A DNA stretch of 34,976 nucleotides from Utricularia gibba (taxonomy: Eukaryota > Plantae > Magnoliophyta), in the NCBI GenBank assembly GCA_002189035.1, contig NEEC01000178.1, positions 1 through 34,976 on the forward strand, read 5' to 3'. Below the pieces are notes generated by a model. That model was not told the DNA's origin, made no database searches, and saw only the letters and a program-made list of their open reading frames with translations. A program made the position numbers and the translations under genes. Positions 11,840 to 22,297 of the stretch are shown here, one piece after another. Positions within the stretch are counted from its first letter, which is position 1; the number at the start of each line of letters is the position of its first letter.

Positions 11840-13931
11840 GTGAGCTCGGGGACTGTCGATTCCCGTCAGCAGCCTGTCAAGATAGCATTGATATGCTGGC
11901 TATCGAGGGTGGCACTATCCGACGGAGCTTGGAATGAATATCGTCACGTAGATTCACCTGAAGGCTTGCGTGTGAACCCGGCACCTGGTTCATACCCATG
12001 GGAAATTATACAAGGACAGCTTTTATAGCTTTTTGTGCACAAGCGGTACCCCCCGCTTCATGCTTATTGCAAACTACTGTTCGCCACCCTGTATCCTTGT
12101 GAAACTGCGCAAACACGCTACACCCATCGACGCACATAATGGTGGAGCAACACAAGTCACACGTACTGCTGCTCCAATTCCAAATTTCGTGAGCCTATTT
12201 GAACGGTCTTCCTTGATGCCCAATTCTTTTCCAAACAACTTCTTTTCTCCTCGAATGCGATTGCGGCGCGGTAACTACGCCATTGGACGTGCTCTCCCTT
12301 GCCATCATTGCGAATCCATGTGCTGAGTTTCAAGAGCCATGCGCTCCTGAAAACGAGCTACCGTAGAAAGCTCGTTTTTTCGAGGTACGGAGACACTCCG
12401 CAGGGGGATCCAATAGCTGCAAAGGAGGTCGTCACACGGTGCTTGTAGAGAGTTCCTTGGCAACGACGTCGGTGACCCGATGTTGGTGTTTTTTCGTATG
12501 CATATCTCCATTCGCGGCATGTGGAGCAAGTTCCATCCGCCCTCCATTCTCAAAGGAGGTGTTCTAGACACCGCGCCCTTTTGGAGGGTTTCTCGACTTG
12601 TTCGTCTTTTTTTCTTACTCCCATGGCTAATTGACTGCATTCCAACCCTTGGACTCGCAGAAACCTCATGCGGATGAACGCTCCTTCGAACCACCGGACA
12701 TGTAGGCGCACCTTGCATTCTACAGCTTGAATGGTTCTACACAGCTACACGATTGTGAAAACGACGTTCACAACGCCGCGATCCAGGATCGATGACTTTG
12801 GGCGCAACCCTGGTCGCGTATGCGTACCACCGTTTGTTGCTCCAAGGATCCCTTTGCGTGTGCCCCTCATGTTGGAATGCTGGTACGGCCTTCGAGAACC
12901 GATTTCTGTAGTTTTTTGCAGCCTCTCTGCTACGAACTTTTGGATTCAATTTTGGGATCGCAAATAGTGATAACATTGGAATGCGAATTCGCCTCATACT
13001 TCCCTTTCATCATGTCCCAACTCACGTTCCCTGAGTTCCTGCTGGTGAGCTCGTTCGGATTGTTATGCAATGCCTTTTAGAGAGCATGGTTTCCGCAAAG
13101 CGTGACCTTCTGTTGGCGAGTGTTGGCTTCCTTTGCTGCATGTTAACGGATCGTCGCCTTCGAGCCCACTCTGGGAAAACAAGTTGAGACGAAGAATGGC
13201 CATGACGCGGATGTCCTAAGAAAATAGGAGCTTTGTCGCACTTGGGCGGGTGCTCCAGGAAAGATATGCAGGGTTTCGATGGTATTCCAGCCATCTCGTG
13301 AAGCTCGAAATGAAGGGGAGCGAATGATCGATGCTGTTAGAAACATGCATGGAGCCTCCTGCTGTGGAGTGAAGACGCATGATGTTGCGTGTGCTTGCAT
13401 TACCTGCGTGGTTCGAGGTGCATGTAGGAGGCGCGTCATCGGGACCACCATCCACTCCACCTACAAGGAGAACCGAGCATACGTCAGAGGAGGTGGTGGT
13501 TACGTTTTGCATGTAGAGTATGCCACTTCCAACGCCATGCTCATTGATGGTGCTCCAGGTAGACCGAGGTCGGGCTGGTTGCTGCGTCGTTAGGTTGCCT
13601 CGTGATGTGTGTTCTGTTTCAAATCTCCATAATCTGCTGCGTGCTCCCACATCTTTCCATGAAGTGAAGGAGGACACAAACGTATCTCCTCTCGTGAGGA
13701 AATACAAGCGGAACAACCCGAGTGCACCACAATGAAGTGAACCTCGAAGAAGGACATTCCGGTCTGAAGACAAACCGCAAGAAGCACACAAATACACGAT
13801 TTTAAGGTCATAGAGAAGGGAGTGGCAACACTCACATCTATCCACGCCCCTTTTCTGCGACGGATGGGGACTTCTCGTGTTCTGCATACAAACATAAGCT
13901 ACTCAACTTCTTTAAATCCATGTAGCAAAAA
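11840..13931 (+). repeat. Unit 6 (2,092 bp; consensus-type, used as reference copy)
   Basis: Anchor to anchor; ORF set identical to units 7, 9 and 12. Confidence 0.98.
12350..12378. other. Perfect 10-bp inverted repeat (AAAACGAGCT-9 nt-AGCTCGTTTT), one per unit; unit 6 copy shown
   Basis: Arms 12350-12359 and 12369-12378 are exact reverse complements around the loop ACCGTAGAA. The right arm runs into T6. Function unknown. Confidence 0.6.
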
Positions 13932-16023
13932 GTGAGCTCGGGGACTGTCGATTCCCGTCAGCAGCCTGTCAAGATAGCATTGATATGCTGGCTATCGAGG
14001 GTGGCACTATCCGACGGAGCTTGGAATGAATATCGTCACGTAGATTCACCTGAAGGCTTGCGTGTGAACCCGGCACCTGGTTCATACCCATGGGAAATTA
14101 TACAAGGACAGCTTTTATAGCTTTTTGTGCACAAGCGGTACCCCCCGCTTCATGCTTATTGCAAACTACTGTTCGCCACCCTGTATCCTTGTGAAACTGC
14201 GCAAACACGCTACACCCATCGACGCACATAATGGTGGAGCAACACAAGTCACACGTACTGCTGCTCCAATTCCAAATTTCGTGAGCCTATTTGAACGGTC
14301 TTCCTTGATGCCCAATTCTTTTCCAAACAACTTCTTTTCTCCTCGAATGCGATTGCGGCGCGGTAACTACGCCATTGGACGTGCTCTCCCTTGCCATCAT
14401 TGCGAATCCATGTGCTGAGTTTCAAGAGCCATGCGCTCCTGAAAACGAGCTACCGTAGAAAGCTCGTTTTTTCGAGGTACGGAGACACTCCGCAGGGGGA
14501 TCCAATAGCTGCAAAGGAGGTCGTCACACGGTGCTTGTAGAGAGTTCCTTGGCAACGACGTCGGTGACCCGATGTTGGTGTTTTTTCGTATGCATATCTC
14601 CATTCGCGGCATGTGGAGCAAGTTCCATCCGCCCTCCATTCTCAAAGGAGGTGTTCTAGACACCGCGCCCTTTTGGAGGGTTTCTCGACTTGTTCGTCTT
14701 TTTTTCTTACTCCCATGGCTAATTGACTGCATTCCAACCCTTGGACTCGCAGAAACCTCATGCGGATGAACGCTCCTTCGAACCACCGGACATGTAGGCG
14801 CACCTTGCATTCTACAGCTTGAATGGTTCTACACAGCTACACGATTGTGAAAACGACGTTCACAACGCCGCGATCCAGGATCGATGACTTTGGGCGCAAC
14901 CCTGGTCGCGTATGCGTACCACCGTTTGTTGCTCCAAGGATCCCTTTGCGTGTGCCCCTCATGTTGGAATGCTGGTACGGCCTTCGAGAACCGATTTCTG
15001 TAGTTTTTTGCAGCCTCTCTGCTACGAACTTTTGGATTCAATTTTGGGATCGCAAATAGTGATAACATTGGAATGCGAATTCGCCTCATACTTCCCTTTC
15101 ATCATGTCCCAACTCACGTTCCCTGAGTTCCTGCTGGTGAGCTCGTTCGGATTGTTATGCAATGCCTTTTAGAGAGCATGGTTTCCGCAAAGCGTGACCT
15201 TCTGTTGGCGAGTGTTGGCTTCCTTTGCTGCATGTTAACGGATCGTCGCCTTCGAGCCCACTCTGGGAAAACAAGTTGAGACGAAGAATGGCCATGACGC
15301 GGATGTCCTAAGAAAATAGGAGCTTTGTCGCACTTGGGCGGGTGCTCCAGGAAAGATATGCAGGGTTTCGATGGTATTCCAGCCATCTCGTGAAGCTCGA
15401 AATGAAGGGGAGCGAATGATCGATGCTGTTAGAAACATGCATGGAGCCTCCTGCTGTGGAGTGAAGACGCATGATGTTGCGTGTGCTTGCATTACCTGCG
15501 TGGTTCGAGGTGCATGTAGGAGGCGCGTCATCGGGACCACCATCCACTCCACCTACAAGGAGAACCGAGCATACGTCAGAGGAGGTGGTGGTTACGTTTT
15601 GCATGTAGAGTATGCCACTTCCAACGCCATGCTCATTGATGGTGCTCCAGGTAGACCGAGGTCGGGCTGGTTGCTGCGTCGTTAGGTTGCCTCGTGATGT
15701 GTGTTCTGTTTCAAATCTCCATAATCTGCTGCGTGCTCCCACATCTTTCCATGAAGTGAAGGAGGACACAAACGTATCTCCTCTCGTGAGGAAATACAAG
15801 CGGAACAACCCGAGTGCACCACAATGAAGTGAACCTCGAAGAAGGACATTCCGGTCTGAAGACAAACCGCAAGAAGCACACAAATACACGATTTTAAGGT
15901 CATAGAGAAGGGAGTGGCAACACTCACATCTATCCACGCCCCTTTTCTGCGACGGATGGGGACTTCTCGTGTTCTGCATACAAACATAAGCTACTCAACT
16001 TCTTTAAATCCATGTAGCAAAAA
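13932..16023 (+). repeat. Unit 7 (2,092 bp)
   Basis: Anchor to anchor; consensus-type. Confidence 0.98.
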
Positions 16024-18114
16024 GTGAGCTCGGGGACTGTCGATTCCCGTCAGCAGCCTGTCAAGATAGCATTGATATGCTGGCTATCGAGGGTGGCACT
16101 ATCCGACGGAGCTTGGAATGAATATCGTCACGTAGATTCACCTGAAGGCTTGCGTGTGAACCCGGCACCTGGTTCATACCCATGGGAAATTATACAAGGA
16201 CAGCTTTTATAGCTTTTTGTGCACAAGCGGTACCCCCCGCTTCATGCTTATTGCAAACTACTGTTCGCCACCCTGTATCCTTGTGAAACTGCGCAAACAC
16301 GCTACACCCATCGACGCACATAATGGTGGAGCAACACAAGTCACACGTACTGCTGCTCCAATTCCAAATTTCGTGAGCCTATTTGAACGGTCTTCCTTGA
16401 TGCCCAATTCTTTTCCAAACAACTTCTTTTCTCCTCGAATGCGATTGCGGCGCGGTAACTACGCCATTGGACGTGCTCTCCCTTGCCATCATTGCGAATC
16501 CATGTGCTGAGTTTCAAGAGCCATGCGCTCCTGAAAACGAGCTACCGTAGAAAGCTCGTTTTTTCGAGGTACGGAGACACTCCGCAGGGGGATCCAATAG
16601 CTGCAAAGGAGGTCGTCACACGGTGCTTGTAGAGAGTTCCTTGGCAACGACGTCGGTGACCCGATGTTGGTGTTTTTTCGTATGCATATCTCCATTCGCG
16701 GCATGTGGAGCAAGTTCCATCCGCCCTCCATTCTCAAAGGAGGTGTTCTAGACACCGCGCCCTTTTGGAGGGTTTCTCGACTTGTTCGTCTTTTTTTCTT
16801 ACTCCCATGGCTAATTGACTGCATTCCAACCCTTGGACTCGCAGAAACCTCATGCGGATGAACGCTCCTTCGAACCACCGGACATGTAGGCGCACCTTGC
16901 ATTCTACAGCTTGAATGGTTCTACACAGCTACACGATTGTGAAAACGACGTTCACAACGCCGCGATCCAGGATCGATGACTTTGGGCGCAACCCTGGTCG
17001 CGTATGCGTACCACCGTTTGTTGCTCCAAGGATCCCTTTGCGTGTGCCCCTCATGTTGGAATGCTGGTACGGCCTTCGAGAACCGATTTCTGTAGTTTTT
17101 TGCAGCCTCTCTGCTACGAACTTTTGGATTCAATTTTGGGATCGCAAATAGTGATAACATTGGAATGCGAATTCGCCTCATACTTCCCTTTCATCATGTC
17201 CCAACTCACGTTCCCTGAGTTCCTGCTGGTGAGCTCGTTCGGATTGTTATGCAATGCCTTTTAGAGAGCATGGTTTCCGCAAAGCGTGACCTTCTGTTGG
17301 CGAGTGTTGGCTTCCTTTGCTGCATGTTAACGGATCGTCGCCTTCGAGCCCACTCTGGGAAAACAAGTTGAGACGAAGAATGGCCATGACGCGGATGTCC
17401 TAAGAAAATAGGAGCTTTGTCGCACTTGGCGGGTGCTCCAGGAAAGATATGCAGGGTTTCGATGGTATTCCAGCCATCTCGTGAAGCTCGAAATGAAGGG
17501 GAGCGAATGATCGATGCTGTTAGAAACATGCATGGAGCCTCCTGCTGTGGAGTGAAGACGCATGATGTTGCGTGTGCTTGCATTACCTGCGTGGTTCGAG
17601 GTGCATGTAGGAGGCGCGTCATCGGGACCACCATCCACTCCACCTACAAGGAGAACCGAGCATACGTCAGAGGAGGTGGTGGTTACGTTTTGCATGTAGA
17701 GTATGCCACTTCCAACGCCATGCTCATTGATGGTGCTCCAGGTAGACCGAGGTCGGGCTGGTTGCTGCGTCGTTAGGTTGCCTCGTGATGTGTGTTCTGT
17801 TTCAAATCTCCATAATCTGCTGCGTGCTCCCACATCTTTCCATGAAGTGAAGGAGGACACAAACGTATCTCCTCTCGTGAGGAAATACAAGCGGAACAAC
17901 CCGAGTGCACCACAATGAAGTGAACCTCGAAGAAGGACATTCCGGTCTGAAGACAAACCGCAAGAAGCACACAAATACACGATTTTAAGGTCATAGAGAA
18001 GGGAGTGGCAACACTCACATCTATCCACGCCCCTTTTCTGCGACGGATGGGGACTTCTCGTGTTCTGCATACAAACATAAGCTACTCAACTTCTTTAAAT
18101 CCATGTAGCAAAAA
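16024..18114 (+). repeat. Unit 8 (2,091 bp)
   Basis: Anchor to anchor; one G missing in CACTTGGGCGGG near 17428. Confidence 0.98.
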
Positions 18115-20206
18115 GTGAGCTCGGGGACTGTCGATTCCCGTCAGCAGCCTGTCAAGATAGCATTGATATGCTGGCTATCGAGGGTGGCACTATCCGACGG
18201 AGCTTGGAATGAATATCGTCACGTAGATTCACCTGAAGGCTTGCGTGTGAACCCGGCACCTGGTTCATACCCATGGGAAATTATACAAGGACAGCTTTTA
18301 TAGCTTTTTGTGCACAAGCGGTACCCCCCGCTTCATGCTTATTGCAAACTACTGTTCGCCACCCTGTATCCTTGTGAAACTGCGCAAACACGCTACACCC
18401 ATCGACGCACATAATGGTGGAGCAACACAAGTCACACGTACTGCTGCTCCAATTCCAAATTTCGTGAGCCTATTTGAACGGTCTTCCTTGATGCCCAATT
18501 CTTTTCCAAACAACTTCTTTTCTCCTCGAATGCGATTGCGGCGCGGTAACTACGCCATTGGACGTGCTCTCCCTTGCCATCATTGCGAATCCATGTGCTG
18601 AGTTTCAAGAGCCATGCGCTCCTGAAAACGAGCTACCGTAGAAAGCTCGTTTTTTCGAGGTACGGAGACACTCCGCAGGGGGATCCAATAGCTGCAAAGG
18701 AGGTCGTCACACGGTGCTTGTAGAGAGTTCCTTGGCAACGACGTCGGTGACCCGATGTTGGTGTTTTTTCGTATGCATATCTCCATTCGCGGCATGTGGA
18801 GCAAGTTCCATCCGCCCTCCATTCTCAAAGGAGGTGTTCTAGACACCGCGCCCTTTTGGAGGGTTTCTCGACTTGTTCGTCTTTTTTTCTTACTCCCATG
18901 GCTAATTGACTGCATTCCAACCCTTGGACTCGCAGAAACCTCATGCGGATGAACGCTCCTTCGAACCACCGGACATGTAGGCGCACCTTGCATTCTACAG
19001 CTTGAATGGTTCTACACAGCTACACGATTGTGAAAACGACGTTCACAACGCCGCGATCCAGGATCGATGACTTTGGGCGCAACCCTGGTCGCGTATGCGT
19101 ACCACCGTTTGTTGCTCCAAGGATCCCTTTGCGTGTGCCCCTCATGTTGGAATGCTGGTACGGCCTTCGAGAACCGATTTCTGTAGTTTTTTGCAGCCTC
19201 TCTGCTACGAACTTTTGGATTCAATTTTGGGATCGCAAATAGTGATAACATTGGAATGCGAATTCGCCTCATACTTCCCTTTCATCATGTCCCAACTCAC
19301 GTTCCCTGAGTTCCTGCTGGTGAGCTCGTTCGGATTGTTATGCAATGCCTTTTAGAGAGCATGGTTTCCGCAAAGCGTGACCTTCTGTTGGCGAGTGTTG
19401 GCTTCCTTTGCTGCATGTTAACGGATCGTCGCCTTCGAGCCCACTCTGGGAAAACAAGTTGAGACGAAGAATGGCCATGACGCGGATGTCCTAAGAAAAT
19501 AGGAGCTTTGTCGCACTTGGGCGGGTGCTCCAGGAAAGATATGCAGGGTTTCGATGGTATTCCAGCCATCTCGTGAAGCTCGAAATGAAGGGGAGCGAAT
19601 GATCGATGCTGTTAGAAACATGCATGGAGCCTCCTGCTGTGGAGTGAAGACGCATGATGTTGCGTGTGCTTGCATTACCTGCGTGGTTCGAGGTGCATGT
19701 AGGAGGCGCGTCATCGGGACCACCATCCACTCCACCTACAAGGAGAACCGAGCATACGTCAGAGGAGGTGGTGGTTACGTTTTGCATGTAGAGTATGCCA
19801 CTTCCAACGCCATGCTCATTGATGGTGCTCCAGGTAGACCGAGGTCGGGCTGGTTGCTGCGTCGTTAGGTTGCCTCGTGATGTGTGTTCTGTTTCAAATC
19901 TCCATAATCTGCTGCGTGCTCCCACATCTTTCCATGAAGTGAAGGAGGACACAAACGTATCTCCTCTCGTGAGGAAATACAAGCGGAACAACCCGAGTGC
20001 ACCACAATGAAGTGAACCTCGAAGAAGGACATTCCGGTCTGAAGACAAACCGCAAGAAGCACACAAATACACGATTTTAAGGTCATAGAGAAGGGAGTGG
20101 CAACACTCACATCTATCCACGCCCCTTTTCTGCGACGGATGGGGACTTCTCGTGTTCTGCATACAAACATAAGCTACTCAACTTCTTTAAATCCATGTAG
20201 CAAAAA
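18115..20206 (+). repeat. Unit 9 (2,092 bp)
   Basis: Anchor to anchor; consensus-type. Confidence 0.98.
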
Positions 20207-22297
20207 GTGAGCTCGGGGACTGTCGATTCCCGTCAGCAGCCTGTCAAGATAGCATTGATATGCTGGCTATCGAGGGTGGCACTATCCGACGGAGCTTGGA
20301 ATGAATATCGTCACGTAGATTCACCTGAAGGCTTGCGTGTGAACCCGGCACCTGGTTCATACCCATGGGAAATTATACAAGGACAGCTTTTATAGCTTTT
20401 TGTGCACAAGCGGTACCCCCGCTTCATGCTTATTGCAAACTACTGTTCGCCACCCTGTATCCTTGTGAAACTGCGCAAACACGCTACACCCATCGACGCA
20501 CATAATGGTGGAGCAACACAAGTCACACGTACTGCTGCTCCAATTCCAAATTTCGTGAGCCTATTTGAACGGTCTTCCTTGATGCCCAATTCTTTTCCAA
20601 ACAACTTCTTTTCTCCTCGAATGCGATTGCGGCGCGGTAACTACGCCATTGGACGTGCTCTCCCTTGCCATCATTGCGAATCCATGTGCTGAGTTTCAAG
20701 AGCCATGCGCTCCTGAAAACGAGCTACCGTAGAAAGCTCGTTTTTTCGAGGTACGGAGACACTCCGCAGGGGGATCCAATAGCTGCAAAGGAGGTCGTCA
20801 CACGGTGCTTGTAGAGAGTTCCTTGGCAACGACGTCGGTGACCCGATGTTGGTGTTTTTTCGTATGCATATCTCCATTCGCGGCATGTGGAGCAAGTTCC
20901 ATCCGCCCTCCATTCTCAAAGGAGGTGTTCTAGACACCGCGCCCTTTTGGAGGGTTTCTCGACTTGTTCGTCTTTTTTTCTTACTCCCATGGCTAATTGA
21001 CTGCATTCCAACCCTTGGACTCGCAGAAACCTCATGCGGATGAACGCTCCTTCGAACCACCGGACATGTAGGCGCACCTTGCATTCTACAGCTTGAATGG
21101 TTCTACACAGCTACACGATTGTGAAAACGACGTTCACAACGCCGCGATCCAGGATCGATGACTTTGGGCGCAACCCTGGTCGCGTATGCGTACCACCGTT
21201 TGTTGCTCCAAGGATCCCTTTGCGTGTGCCCCTCATGTTGGAATGCTGGTACGGCCTTCGAGAACCGATTTCTGTAGTTTTTTGCAGCCTCTCTGCTACG
21301 AACTTTTGGATTCAATTTTGGGATCGCAAATAGTGATAACATTGGAATGCGAATTCGCCTCATACTTCCCTTTCATCATGTCCCAACTCACGTTCCCTGA
21401 GTTCCTGCTGGTGAGCTCGTTCGGATTGTTATGCAATGCCTTTTAGAGAGCATGGTTTCCGCAAAGCGTGACCTTCTGTTGGCGAGTGTTGGCTTCCTTT
21501 GCTGCATGTTAACGGATCGTCGCCTTCGAGCCCACTCTGGGAAAACAAGTTGAGACGAAGAATGGCCATGACGCGGATGTCCTAAGAAAATAGGAGCTTT
21601 GTCGCACTTGGGCGGGTGCTCCAGGAAAGATATGCAGGGTTTCGATGGTATTCCAGCCATCTCGTGAAGCTCGAAATGAAGGGGAGCGAATGATCGATGC
21701 TGTTAGAAACATGCATGGAGCCTCCTGCTGTGGAGTGAAGACGCATGATGTTGCGTGTGCTTGCATTACCTGCGTGGTTCGAGGTGCATGTAGGAGGCGC
21801 GTCATCGGGACCACCATCCACTCCACCTACAAGGAGAACCGAGCATACGTCAGAGGAGGTGGTGGTTACGTTTTGCATGTAGAGTATGCCACTTCCAACG
21901 CCATGCTCATTGATGGTGCTCCAGGTAGACCGAGGTCGGGCTGGTTGCTGCGTCGTTAGGTTGCCTCGTGATGTGTGTTCTGTTTCAAATCTCCATAATC
22001 TGCTGCGTGCTCCCACATCTTTCCATGAAGTGAAGGAGGACACAAACGTATCTCCTCTCGTGAGGAAATACAAGCGGAACAACCCGAGTGCACCACAATG
22101 AAGTGAACCTCGAAGAAGGACATTCCGGTCTGAAGACAAACCGCAAGAAGCACACAAATACACGATTTTAAGGTCATAGAGAAGGGAGTGGCAACACTCA
22201 CATCTATCCACGCCCCTTTTCTGCGACGGATGGGGACTTCTCGTGTTCTGCATACAAACATAAGCTACTCAACTTCTTTAAATCCATGTAGCAAAAA
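20207..22297 (+). repeat. Unit 10 (2,091 bp)
   Basis: Anchor to anchor; C5 instead of C6 in the run at GGTACCCCCC. Confidence 0.98.

Noticed and set aside
11846-11864. CGGGGACTGTCGATTCCCG as a tRNA T-arm or B-box
   Set aside because: It lacks GTTCGA, and there is no cloverleaf or proper A-box upstream.
12049-12054. C5/C6 run polymorphism changing the start of the 96/97-aa ORF (phase-variation-like switch)
   Set aside because: Homopolymer length error is the commonest long-read artefact, and the affected ORF has no support as a gene.
12479-12490. GATGTTGGTGTT resembling kinetoplast minicircle CSB-3 (GGGGTTGGTGTA)
   Set aside because: Only 9/12 match to a nearly invariant motif. No CSB-1 or CSB-2 was seen, and the unit is not AT-rich.
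12754-12772. TGTGA-N9-TCACA as a CRP/FNR-type site
   Set aside because: The spacer is 9 nt, not 6, and nothing else indicates bacterial DNA.
12983-12992. 10-bp palindrome GCGAATTCGC
   Set aside because: About two palindromes of this length are expected per 2 kb; useful only as an EcoRI site.
13249-13559. GGTGCTCCAGG direct repeat exactly 300 bp apart (possible internal subrepeat)
   Set aside because: The flanking sequences do not align, and an 11-mer repeat is roughly expected by chance in 2.1 kb.
13216-13887. 223-aa minus-strand ORF and the other 62-137 aa ORFs as protein-coding genes
   Set aside because: No recognisable family beyond the weak Cys motif reported as a finding. They overlap heavily on both strands, and their recurrence only reflects the repeat.
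12699-13925. CATGTAG occurring four times per unit
   Set aside because: By a rough Poisson estimate, about one 7-mer at this count is expected by chance.
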